Source: a virus
Direction: 5' to 3' (one strand)
IMG/VR virus record: IMGVR_UViG_3300042402_001861
Coordinates: 32,001-96,000 of that record
DNA length: 64,000 nucleotides
Part shown: positions 49,715-58,045 of the stretch, one piece after another
Position numbering within the stretch: the first letter of the stretch is position 1
Layout: each line of letters begins with the position of its first letter
Program-made: the position numbers and the translations under genes
The notes under the pieces: model-generated
What the model saw: only the letters and a program-made list of their open reading frames with translations
Told to the model about the DNA's origin: nothing
Databases searched by the model: none

Positions 49715-52189
49715 TCAGTCCGACAACTTGACAGTAATCATGTACTGCTTCTTGGGTGATACCTTGAGCATTGCCGCTGCCTTCTGTTGTGCAGCGAAAG
49801 AAGTTGGAGCCTGAACCGAAATCTTCTTTCCCGAATAGAATGCGATGTAATTGTACATCTTCTCTTCGGTGACTTTGGTTTCTTCCTTCTTTGAAGATTT
49901 GCCTACCTTTTGTCCCTTACCGATCTTCTTCAACATCTTTTCTCTTTTGGCATCTGCACGAAGACCGGCTTGAACCTTGGCCTGAGCCTCGCGGGAAGTC
50001 TCAAATCCGCCACCCCAACTTCCTGCCTCGTCAAGTTCTACTTCTTCCTTCTTGATCTTCGAACCATACTTCTTGCCGAAGGAAATCATGTCCATTGCGG
50101 CGGCAAGATTGTCCTTGGCATCCTGAAGGCTCATGCCATTTTCCCTCAGTTTCTTGGGATCGTTGATGATCGACTTGAGCCAAACGACGGAATTCTTTAA
50201 TTGCTTTTCTGTCGGCTGTGCAAATCCCTCGGCTACGACCATCTGATTGTCGTTGATTGCCTTGGCGATCTTCTTGCCGGAGATGCGTCCCGATGGCTTC
50301 TTGCCGGGTGCGCTCAGGCGATACATCGGCTCACCCATGTAGGAAGTGTCATACATCAGGGTGTAGACGGGACCAACCTCTAGGTTTGCAAATGCCACGG
50401 GTCGGTTCAACTTGATCATACGGACACCCTTGAGGACTGCCTTGTAGTCCTCAACCACTTCGACTTCTTCATTCTCCTCAACGCTTTCGCCAAAGAAAGT
50501 CTCAAAGTGATCGTTGACGAGATTGGCGGTGTTGAACCCCATGAACCTCTTCTCAACCCCGTGCTTGTTGAGAATGGCAGTAACGGATGCAAGACGCATG
50601 ACTCCTTGAGCAACACCACCACCCTTCTGCTGCTTCATCAGAGACTTGAGTTCTGCAATTGCAGCCTTGGGAATCGAATACATGAAGTTTTCGATTGCTC
50701 TCTTGGTTGCACTCTCAGAAACTTCGACTTCTTCTTTCTTGAGCATCTTGGTTGGATTCGCCTTGAAGAGTTCTGATGCTTTGAACTGTTTTTGTTTATT
50801 GTCGGGAAGCACAAGAGTGAACAATCCACCTACCACATTCTTGGATGCGGTATAACCAATCAGTTGCCCTCTCTTGTTCATTCCAGGAATCCATAGCATC
50901 TCGCCCTTCTTGAATGGCTTTGGGAATGAATCCTTTGCTTCTGCCACTTCGACTTCTTCCTTGTGAACCTTCTGCTTCGGAACTGTGATACTTGCAGGCT
51001 CACCGACATCAACCACATAGCCACCGCCATGTTGCTGTGCCTTGCCTGTGCCGCCATCATCGAAGCGAACAATCTTGCCGCTGACCATCTTGCCCTTGTG
51101 GGGAACCTTTACCTTGTCGCCTGCCTTGAACTGTTCGGTAACCTCAACATCAACCTCAAAGCCCTCTGCCTTCACATACTTGATATGCCTTGTGATATCC
51201 CATTTTTCAACTACAGGCTTTCCACCTTCGCCTTCGTCTGTGACAATGTAGCAAACGGTTCCCTTGACATTCGCTGCCCGCCAGTCTCCCTTGCTCGTAT
51301 AATCCTTTCGAGAAACACAAACTTCGTGAGGATAGCCATGACTCTTGCCCCATGAGTCCTGCGAGATGCGATATTCAAATGCTTGCTTGCCCGTCTTCTC
51401 GTAGAATCTGCCAAGGACTTTTTCATCGGGATGTGCGTATGCTTCATCGACTTCTTCCTTCACGGGATTGCCTGTCATCGCATGTTTACGAGCAGCCCGT
51501 TCGGTTCGATAAATCTTCACAACCTTGCCGTCCTTGGTGACTACTGCCTTGCCCTTGGGGTGGTGAAGATTGGTGCGAAGTCCGTTGTCCTTTGCCTCTT
51601 CGATCTCACCGTCTTCGATGATTTCCTCTTCCTCTACCTCTTCCTTCTTGCCCTGCTTCTTTGCAAGGATCTTTGCCTTCACCCCTTGATTTACTTGCTT
51701 GAGTTGGTCGGGAGTCAACTTTGTCTTTTCGGTCAGGGTCTGCTCACGCATTTCCCAAGCCTCTTCGACGGTTTCGATGATGACCCATCCGCTCTTGATG
51801 TAACTCTGCACATCCTTAGCGGCAATGACATCAAGGTCTTGGTCATCCTTGCCCCACATGATTCGGCTTCCCGGCATCCCCTGCTTCTTCTTGCGAAGTC
51901 CGCTGAACTGCTTGACGAAGAACATCGGAACCTTGTAGTGCATCAGACGGGCAACCGTGGGGTTCACGGTCTTGGTCTGTCCCGGCGTGGCTACAGCCAC
52001 GGCTTCACGCATGATCTCCATCCCACGGGAGTCCTTGATAATCTGTGCAATGGCTGCATCGTCAGCACACTCAACGATGACCATTCCGTTGGCGCTGCCG
52101 ATTACCTTACCGGCGGCCTGCTTGCGGATCGTGTTTGCGGCAAAGTTAGCGAGGGAAAAGGTCGGAAACTTGAAAGTCAAACGATGCAT
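49715..52189 (-). CDS. Modular putative internal-head polyprotein
   Basis: 824 aa; about 11 Lys-rich segments separated by acidic linkers ending (V/I/L)-x-E; late box and AGGAG SD upstream. Confidence 0.7.
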   Translation of the reverse strand: MHRLTFKFPTFSLANFAANTIRKQAAGKVIGSANGMVIVECADDAAIAQIIKDSRGMEIMREAVAVATPGQTKTVNPTVARLMHYKVPMFFVKQFSGLRKKKQGMPGSRIMWGKDDQDLDVIAAKDVQSYIKSGWVIIETVEEAWEMREQTLTEKTKLTPDQLKQVNQGVKAKILAKKQGKKEEVEEEEIIEDGEIEEAKDNGLRTNLHHPKGKAVVTKDGKVVKIYRTERAARKHAMTGNPVKEEVDEAYAHPDEKVLGRFYEKTGKQAFEYRISQDSWGKSHGYPHEVCVSRKDYTSKGDWRAANVKGTVCYIVTDEGEGGKPVVEKWDITRHIKYVKAEGFEVDVEVTEQFKAGDKVKVPHKGKMVSGKIVRFDDGGTGKAQQHGGGYVVDVGEPASITVPKQKVHKEEVEVAEAKDSFPKPFKKGEMLWIPGMNKRGQLIGYTASKNVVGGLFTLVLPDNKQKQFKASELFKANPTKMLKKEEVEVSESATKRAIENFMYSIPKAAIAELKSLMKQQKGGGVAQGVMRLASVTAILNKHGVEKRFMGFNTANLVNDHFETFFGESVEENEEVEVVEDYKAVLKGVRMIKLNRPVAFANLEVGPVYTLMYDTSYMGEPMYRLSAPGKKPSGRISGKKIAKAINDNQMVVAEGFAQPTEKQLKNSVVWLKSIINDPKKLRENGMSLQDAKDNLAAAMDMISFGKKYGSKIKKEEVELDEAGSWGGGFETSREAQAKVQAGLRADAKREKMLKKIGKGQKVGKSSKKEETKVTEEKMYNYIAFYSGKKISVQAPTSFAAQQKAAAMLKVSPKKQYMITVKLSD

Positions 52190-52222
52190 AGGATCTCCTA
52201 TAGGGATGTAAAGACGCTCCCA

Positions 52223-52229
52223 TATTTAG
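52223..52229 (-). promoter_or_regulatory. T4-type late promoter box
   Basis: CTAAATA on -, 33 nt upstream of ATG 52189. Confidence 0.7.
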
Positions 52230-52242
52230 GAAATCCAGCGGA

Positions 52243-52686
52243 TTACTTAAGCCACTTCTTGTGCGTCAGCAGCATGAAGTCGATGACCTGTTGGGGGGTC
52301 TTCTCCACACACTCCAACTTGTGGACATTCTCCGACAGCACCCTGTCCTGCTCTATTTCTCGTTCAATTTTTTCAATTTCTTCCTTGGACGGGGGTGTCC
52401 AAGTATGAAGAACAACCGGAGTGTTTTTCAGTTCGCTCATGGAAGGCTCAAGTCCGTTCTTGGGTATGCAGTCCCAATCAAGAATGGGCTTGGACAGCCC
52501 CATGAGCATCAGATAGACATCCCGCATCAATTCTATTACCGTTTCCCCCATTGGCTGCACGGGCTCCTCGGTGACAGCCTGTATTCGGTTCTTGTTGTCG
52601 TAGAAGACTTCGTGAATGCCGTAGGAATAATACTTCTTGCCGTTGAAGGTGGTTGTCTTACGGACGATTCTGTAATCCCAACTCAT
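52243..52686 (-). CDS. Hypothetical protein
   Basis: 'MSWDYRIVRK...YGIHEVFYD'; GGAGG SD before ATG 52686; CTAAATA at 52722-52728. Confidence 0.7.
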   Translation of the reverse strand: MSWDYRIVRKTTTFNGKKYYSYGIHEVFYDNKNRIQAVTEEPVQPMGETVIELMRDVYLMLMGLSKPILDWDCIPKNGLEPSMSELKNTPVVLHTWTPPSKEEIEKIEREIEQDRVLSENVHKLECVEKTPQQVIDFMLLTHKKWLK

Positions 52687-52741
52687 CCGTTCCTCCCTTC
52701 TCCTACGGGACAAGACAAGATTATTTAGAAGAGTCCGAATC

Positions 52742-53338
52742 CTAGATGCGATCCGCGAGAACATCATATACCCTTCTTGGGATCTTCCTGTGTGCCTGCG
52801 CTCGGAAGTTTGCAGGCATCTTGGAAATCACTTTGTTACTGTGCATCAGGTCGGTTTCGAATGGCCAGAACTTGCGGTACTCCCGCATGAAGTAGTGGGC
52901 ATAGATGTAGCAGTTGGCCATCCGTGTGTATCTGTCAACATTCACGGGAAGGTTGTATTTCTTGATCAGGCGGATTGTACGCATCTCGCAATCCCGCTCC
53001 ATCTCACGAACGACTTCGAATGCAAGATCGATCTTCTTGTTTGGGTATTGCTTGCCGTTGAACCAATCATCGATGATTGCGTTGGACTTGTCGCTGCGTC
53101 GATAGACAGGTGACTTTTCGATCCATTGAAGGAAGTGGCAGTATTCGTGTAGCAAAGTTTCAAACCACAGTATGGATCTTCGTCCCACACGAATCTCCCC
53201 ATCACCGTCGTTGAAGTAACCCGATGTTCTGTATCCCCCGCAATTGACTTCCTTGCCTCGTCCCAAGACAAGGATGCAACCATGCTCTCGTAGATGCTCT
53301 CTGACATGACGCACAAACTTCCGTTGCGCTGCAAGCAT
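52742..53338 (-). CDS. Putative zincin-like metallopeptidase (HExxH)
   Basis: 'FETLLHEYCHFLQW' followed by 'MERDCE'; AAGGAG SD. Confidence 0.55.
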   Translation of the reverse strand: MLAAQRKFVRHVREHLREHGCILVLGRGKEVNCGGYRTSGYFNDGDGEIRVGRRSILWFETLLHEYCHFLQWIEKSPVYRRSDKSNAIIDDWFNGKQYPNKKIDLAFEVVREMERDCEMRTIRLIKKYNLPVNVDRYTRMANCYIYAHYFMREYRKFWPFETDLMHSNKVISKMPANFRAQAHRKIPRRVYDVLADRI

Positions 53339-53363
53339 GGATATCTCCTTTCCTTGTAAAGAG

Positions 53364-53687
53364 TTACGCTAGCGTAGCATAGTCCTTTCCATCGGTCAAG
53401 AGCATGATCTTATGTCCAATAACTGTACGAATGTACTCTTTATGTTCATCAGATAGATTATCGGGCAAACGATACATGGCCGTTTTTAAAGAATCGTAGT
53501 GGCTTTTTGTCTTTTGGCAGGAGCAGGCATTTGGGTCCAGATAATTACGCATGGCCCCCATCCAAGAATCCAAGGCATGGATCCTACCCTTCGCCAGAAG
53601 GGCTTTCTTGCCCACCAGAATGCCATACAGGGCTTCCGGCGTTTCGGCGGTCTTGGGAGGCGGTTCAGCCACCCGAACGCTCTCCAA
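53364..53687 (-). CDS. Hypothetical protein
   Basis: 107-aa ORF overlapping the end of the upstream membrane gene; start uncertain. Confidence 0.5.
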   Translation of the reverse strand: MESVRVAEPPPKTAETPEALYGILVGKKALLAKGRIHALDSWMGAMRNYLDPNACSCQKTKSHYDSLKTAMYRLPDNLSDEHKEYIRTVIGHKIMLLTDGKDYATLA

Positions 53688-54048
53688 GCCATCTATTGGC
53701 GATTGTAAACAGCCGATAACACAGAATACCCCCTAGGTAAGTTATCGGTACTTCCTGCCATTTTGAGAATGCGAAGGATGCCGCGACCGACAGGGCGACT
53801 CCGATGCAGTACGGGCAAGTTGCCCATCGGACCAGAAATGCGTCATGGTGCTGCCGTAGGTACTGTCCATAGGACAGGAACAGGTAGTTGCCGTCGAATT
53901 CTTGCAGGAAGCAGTACTTGGAATACTCCTTAAGCCGAGAAATGAAATTTGGAATCCGCAGAACCTTGAAGTATTCATAGACTGAACTCGTTTCGAACAG
54001 GACAAATAACGCCATCGCCACCCACAGCATTGCAAAGATGGTTTCCAT
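53665..54048 (-). CDS. Membrane protein with CPxC motif (DUF1360-like)
   Basis: Hydrophobic segments flanking 'ATCPYCIGVALSV'; AAGGAG SD. Confidence 0.55.
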   Translation of the reverse strand: METIFAMLWVAMALFVLFETSSVYEYFKVLRIPNFISRLKEYSKYCFLQEFDGNYLFLSYGQYLRQHHDAFLVRWATCPYCIGVALSVAASFAFSKWQEVPITYLGGILCYRLFTIANRWLGERSGG

Positions 54049-54050
54049 GT

Positions 54051-55112
54051 TTACTCCTTCGGTGCGGCCTGAATGCCGTACTTGCTACGAGCAGTATCGC
54101 CTTCGTGATCGTTGTAGATTTTCTCAAAGTCACGCACAACAGAACTTGGTGGGACATTCTGTGCGATCAACTTTTGAATCGAATCGATGTCGCTTCCAAG
54201 GTAATGTGCCAACGACTTCCGTAGGCTGTCATCGGAAACCGGGGAGGACACACCGGCATTCTTGATCTTGAGTCCTACGAAACTCTTGATGACTCGCTGA
54301 GGAATCGTTGGACGAGGGATGTTCTTTCCCTTGGCATCCTTGACATCGATGCCAATCATGCTCGTAACAAGTGTCTTGCCGTCAAGAGGCTTGCCGTTCT
54401 TGTCGGAATAGAACACTTGTCCTTGACCGCCGCCAAGCACAAGATGGACTTCACCGTTGAGATTTGGAGGATATGCACCCTTGGCGACTTCACCCATGGT
54501 CTTGCCGACACCTTCGTGTGTCAGAAGCAGAATGTGGTCTGGAACACGGCGTGGGCGGTTGTCGTTGTTGACCATTGCCACTCGCCAGTTGGTGAGAACC
54601 CAGATGATGTGCAGATTGTTCTTTTGGTAGCCTGCGGAAATTAGGGTATCGGTGAGATTCTTGATCTCTTCGACATTCTTGAGGGTACGGTCAAAGATGA
54701 TGTTTGGCAACTGACCACCGTAAGCCTTTACCCCGATCTTCTGCTTGGCGTTGGCAATGATATGCGGAAGGAGCATGGTGGCAATGTGCTTCTGCTCAAT
54801 CGGCCAGTCCTTCAAGGCAAGGTGAATCTTTGAGACATCCTCGGGATTCCTGAAGTTGATGTCCTTGAACTGCACGAACTTGCTTTCCTTACCGGCAGCA
54901 AAGTGCAACTTTCCGATCTTTACGACCGCTTCCTTGAACGCATCGGGATCAACGACCTTGTAGTCGAATCCGTTCATCAGATTGGAGATTGCGTAACCCT
55001 TGCCACTACCGGCACCGCCTGCCATGAATACCACTTGACCGCTTCTTGCCCCGTTGTTGGGCATGATCAACTTTTCCTCAAGATAGTCTTTGAGTCCTTG
55101 AAACTCTTTCAT
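54051..55112 (-). CDS. P-loop kinase/ATPase (zeta-toxin/AAA_33-like)
   Basis: 'VVFMAGGAGSGKG' Walker A, 'VVDPDAFK', 'NIIFDRT', 'NDNRPRRVP'. Confidence 0.75.
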   Translation of the reverse strand: MKEFQGLKDYLEEKLIMPNNGARSGQVVFMAGGAGSGKGYAISNLMNGFDYKVVDPDAFKEAVVKIGKLHFAAGKESKFVQFKDINFRNPEDVSKIHLALKDWPIEQKHIATMLLPHIIANAKQKIGVKAYGGQLPNIIFDRTLKNVEEIKNLTDTLISAGYQKNNLHIIWVLTNWRVAMVNNDNRPRRVPDHILLLTHEGVGKTMGEVAKGAYPPNLNGEVHLVLGGGQGQVFYSDKNGKPLDGKTLVTSMIGIDVKDAKGKNIPRPTIPQRVIKSFVGLKIKNAGVSSPVSDDSLRKSLAHYLGSDIDSIQKLIAQNVPPSSVVRDFEKIYNDHEGDTARSKYGIQAAPKE

Positions 55113-55130
55113 GGCATCTCCTTGTTGGGG

Positions 55131-55137
55131 TATTTAT
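55131..55137 (-). promoter_or_regulatory. T4-type late promoter box
   Basis: ATAAATA on -, then AAGGAG and ATG 55112. Confidence 0.75.
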
Positions 55138-55141
55138 TCCA

Positions 55142-55172
55142 ATAGAAAACCCCCGAGTCGCATATCGGGGGT
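55142..55172 (-). terminator. Rho-independent terminator
   Basis: ACCCCCGA / TCGGGGGT stem (55149-55172) followed on - by TTTTCTATT. Confidence 0.8.
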
Positions 55173-55218
55173 GTCGCACCGAGGAAACGGTTGGAGGGAG
55201 AGGGGTGCTTCGACCGCC

Positions 55219-55629
55219 TCAAGCCTCCGTATTATCTATTGATTTTGAAGATTCGGCGGTTTCGATGTCCTTGGCGTACTTCTCAAACGCTTCCTCGCAT
55301 TGTTCGCGAGTGAGGAAAGGCCCGAAGAAATCCGTTGAGGCTTCGTTCCAGAAAATCCACCCCATGTGAACGGGGGAATAATCAACCGGATCGTTCTTAC
55401 GCAACTTGATCACGCTTGCCTTGGGGTTGTTGTAACGCTCGTTGGCAACCTTCTGATAGGTGCTGATCCACTCGCAAACCTCAAAGTCTGCGGGGAAGTG
55501 CTTGAGCAGATTCCGTGCCCGTTGCCGAATTGGCTTTGGAACCTTCGGAGACTTCTCGGGGTCCATCAAGTCCTTCAGGAAATTGCGAGTGTTCATGAGC
55601 GAAATGTAGTTTTCGTAAGGCAGCGTCAT
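55219..55629 (-). CDS. Hypothetical protein
   Basis: 'MTLPYENYISLMNTRNFLKDLMDPEKSPKVPKPIRQRARNLLKHFP'; GGAGG SD. Confidence 0.75.
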   Translation of the reverse strand: MTLPYENYISLMNTRNFLKDLMDPEKSPKVPKPIRQRARNLLKHFPADFEVCEWISTYQKVANERYNNPKASVIKLRKNDPVDYSPVHMGWIFWNEASTDFFGPFLTREQCEEAFEKYAKDIETAESSKSIDNTEA

Positions 55630-55630
55630 G

Positions 55631-55909
55631 TCAACCTCCGTATTGGTCAGGAATCATTTCATCTGCAAGCAAGGCAACCGACAATTCTCTAATCACCTTG
55701 TATGCCCAAGTTCGCCGTTCTTCCTTCATGGAATCGGGCAACCTTTCATACGGCACGAAATTCTTTTTCATTTCCTGTGCCTCGTCTTGGTTGATCTTGC
55801 CCGAATCGATGAGATTGGAGACTATCGACAGCCAATGGGCGTGTTCGATTTCCGCCATCCGTTCGATGAACTTCGGATCATTGATCGTCTGTATTGGGCT
55901 TTGCTTCAT
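55631..55909 (-). CDS. Hypothetical protein with RyR-repeat-like motif
   Basis: 'MAEIEHAHW...FVPYERLPDSMKEERR'. Confidence 0.6.
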   Translation of the reverse strand: MKQSPIQTINDPKFIERMAEIEHAHWLSIVSNLIDSGKINQDEAQEMKKNFVPYERLPDSMKEERRTWAYKVIRELSVALLADEMIPDQYGG

Positions 55910-56168
55910 TTGGCTTTTCCTTCGCCACGCTCACAGCGAGGACTTGTTGCAGTTTGCTGAGAGTGTTCTTGAGAAAGTCCCGACTTGGAATCACGCCGGG
56001 GCGAGGATACACGGCAGAATCAAGAACCATCTTGAGTCGATTGAGCAATGCTTCCTTGCTTTGAAGCCTTTCCTCAAGTTCGCGATAGCGAATGCGATCA
56101 GCCTCGGTTGGCTTTCCTTGCCATCCGAGCATCATGTCCCCAATTCGATTTCTGATCGTTCTCTTCAT
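55878..56168 (-). CDS. Hypothetical protein
   Basis: 96-aa ORF co-oriented with its neighbours. Confidence 0.6.
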   Translation of the reverse strand: MKRTIRNRIGDMMLGWQGKPTEADRIRYRELEERLQSKEALLNRLKMVLDSAVYPRPGVIPSRDFLKNTLSKLQQVLAVSVAKEKPNEAKPNTDDQ

Positions 56169-56202
56169 GGCGAATCCCCATCCTACACATTATGTAGGTT
56201 GT

Positions 56203-56655
56203 CTAACGGGAATGCCTCTTCCGTGCTGCAAAGAATACTGCAATGCCAAGGACAGCAAGGGCACCCGGCGCAGGAACATCAGGCGGTTCACAATCTGCGC
56301 CATTGGCTAGCGTCGAAGCAGCCATGCAGACGCTTTCGACCCGATCATGGATAACAGGAATGAACATCTCCTGATCCACTCCCTGAACGGTCATCACAAG
56401 CCGTCCTTCATTGTAGATTTTGTGAATCCAGAATCCTTGGAAAGATCCCATGAAGTGCTTGTTTGGCACGACAGGATAGTTTGCCACCGTGTTGCCGTAA
56501 ATCGACGGTGCGATGGGTTCTGTGATCGTGAACTGCGTGTCAAACACCAATCGGTCGGTGAAGGTGACTTCTTGGTAGATTGCGCCTTGATACTCAGACC
56601 GCGAGAAGGTCTGGCCGTTTGTCATGTACAGGGTTGATGTATTGCTGATAGCCAT
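56203..56655 (-). CDS. PEP-CTERM-like (VPAPG variant) sorting-signal protein
   Basis: C-terminus 'DVPAPGALAVLGIAVFFAARKRHSR': motif, transmembrane helix, basic tail. Start at ATG 56655 lies just after the promoter. Confidence 0.8.
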   Translation of the reverse strand: MAISNTSTLYMTNGQTFSRSEYQGAIYQEVTFTDRLVFDTQFTITEPIAPSIYGNTVANYPVVPNKHFMGSFQGFWIHKIYNEGRLVMTVQGVDQEMFIPVIHDRVESVCMAASTLANGADCEPPDVPAPGALAVLGIAVFFAARKRHSR

Positions 56656-56662
56656 TTGGATC

Positions 56663-56691
56663 AGTATAGGCACGAACGCAATTCAGGTCAA
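56663..56691 (-). promoter_or_regulatory. Sigma70-like promoter giving a leaderless start
   Basis: TTGACC-N17-TATACT, 7 nt, ATG. Confidence 0.8.
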
Positions 56692-57068
56692 GTGTTTGCT
56701 TGCGTGAATTTGGCGATTCCGCTGCCCGTGGTGTAGTAGATGTTGTCAAACACTTCCATGCACCAAGGCAGACACTTGGGACATGGGCGACTCAGCCTTT
56801 CATTGCCGAACCGATTGAACCTGAAATTCCAAAGTTCAATGCCTTCCCTGTCTTCGCACTTTCTAAATGCATCAAGTTCAGAGTGCAGTTCATCGAAAAG
56901 GTAGCCGTACTTCTTTGCCATTGGATGGGTCTTCATCAGGTTTGTCCCAACGGAGATCACCCGTCCTCTCTTGAGGATGATGCTGCAATGGCGCTTCGGC
57001 CTGTCAATGTGCAGGCAGAGTTCCTTTGCAAGGCTGTAGATGTTGCACGGACAGTCGATGTTCTTCAT
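56688..57068 (-). CDS. Cytidine/dCMP deaminase-fold protein
   Basis: 'HCSIILKRGRVISVGTN', 'LHSE', 'SRPCPKC' zinc motifs. Confidence 0.8.
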   Translation of the reverse strand: MKNIDCPCNIYSLAKELCLHIDRPKRHCSIILKRGRVISVGTNLMKTHPMAKKYGYLFDELHSELDAFRKCEDREGIELWNFRFNRFGNERLSRPCPKCLPWCMEVFDNIYYTTGSGIAKFTQANT

Positions 57069-57475
57069 GCCGTCAGGGCATACGAAGTGCTGTAATTATT
57101 TTCGAGATTTCCGTTGGTCAACGACAAATCCGACTGCTGCTTCTTGATCAAGACTTTCCCGTCTTCATCAAGAACGGGAACAAGCCCATCCTTGATGTAT
57201 TCGTCCCACAATCGCCTCGCTTCTTCCCGAGTCACGGTGAGCATGGTTGTCTTTCCAATCATGCTTGTGCCGTCAGGAAGTCTCCGAATGAACACAGTCA
57301 TGTGATCGGTGGATTCCGGCTTCTTGAGCGAAACGCCATCACGGAACACTTCTGCAAAAGCAAACTCAACGGTGTGTGGCAGGCTTGCGGTGTCGAAGCC
57401 AACCGGTGCCGTCAGCGTGTAGTAGAAAGTGATGACACAGAAACCGTTTGCGGGTTGGTTGTTGAATTCGCCCAT
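57065..57475 (-). CDS. Hypothetical protein
   Basis: 136-aa ORF coupled to the deaminase (ATGA overlap). Confidence 0.65.
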   Translation of the reverse strand: MGEFNNQPANGFCVITFYYTLTAPVGFDTASLPHTVEFAFAEVFRDGVSLKKPESTDHMTVFIRRLPDGTSMIGKTTMLTVTREEARRLWDEYIKDGLVPVLDEDGKVLIKKQQSDLSLTNGNLENNYSTSYALTA

Positions 57476-57693
57476 TCCCGCATCTTATCAGATGTCTTCT
57501 TGTGTGTCAAGCGAGAATTTTCACGCTGCTTGGCTTTGTAAAGACCTTCTGTCATGCCACAATGCTTTCCGATCCCATAACCTCGCTTATACCCGAAACT
57601 GTAAAGCCAGATTTGCGATGCGGTCAGTAGGGTTGCGAGGGAGATTCCAAAAAAGACTGTTTCGATTACTTCCAATGCTTTGATGTTTACCAT
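57412..57693 (-). CDS. Small membrane protein
   Basis: 'VFFGISLATLLTASQIWLYSFGYKRGYGIG'; ATG 57693 lies 5 nt after a CATACT box. Confidence 0.55.
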   Translation of the reverse strand: MVNIKALEVIETVFFGISLATLLTASQIWLYSFGYKRGYGIGKHCGMTEGLYKAKQRENSRLTHKKTSDKMREWANSTTNPQTVSVSSLSTTR

Positions 57694-57745
57694 AGGACAG
57701 TATGTTGCCCTTCGCAACTTTTGAACCAAACCTGAATGTTTGAAA

Positions 57746-58045
57746 TCAGGATCGGCGCTTGACCGTCTTCTTGGCGATCTTCTTCGTCTTGGTCTTCAAC
57801 TGTGTGATGACCTCGGCTTCCTTCCGTGCCTTTCGCTTGTTGATGTACTCAATGATGATGGACGGCTCAAGCAGGCCAAAGAGGGTAAAGAATGCCCCAA
57901 ACAGCATATATTCCTTGCCGTGGTTGCTGCCGAGCGAGAACCAACACATTGCCATCAGTCCGCAACCAAACCCAAACCAACGGGTAAAGATCATGTCACC
58001 GATGTTATACGAATTGTCGCCAATCTTTTCCTTGATGAGTCTCAT
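57746..58045 (-). CDS. Two-helix membrane protein with basic tail
   Basis: GGAGG SD before ATG 58045; two hydrophobic segments; Lys-rich end. Confidence 0.65.
   Translation of the reverse strand: MRLIKEKIGDNSYNIGDMIFTRWFGFGCGLMAMCWFSLGSNHGKEYMLFGAFFTLFGLLEPSIIIEYINKRKARKEAEVITQLKTKTKKIAKKTVKRRS

Noticed and set aside
51383-52408. 341-aa + strand ORF and neighbours opposite the polyprotein
   Set aside because: The hydrophobic Leu/Phe pattern is the expected antisense image of Lys/Glu-rich codons; no promoter or SD.
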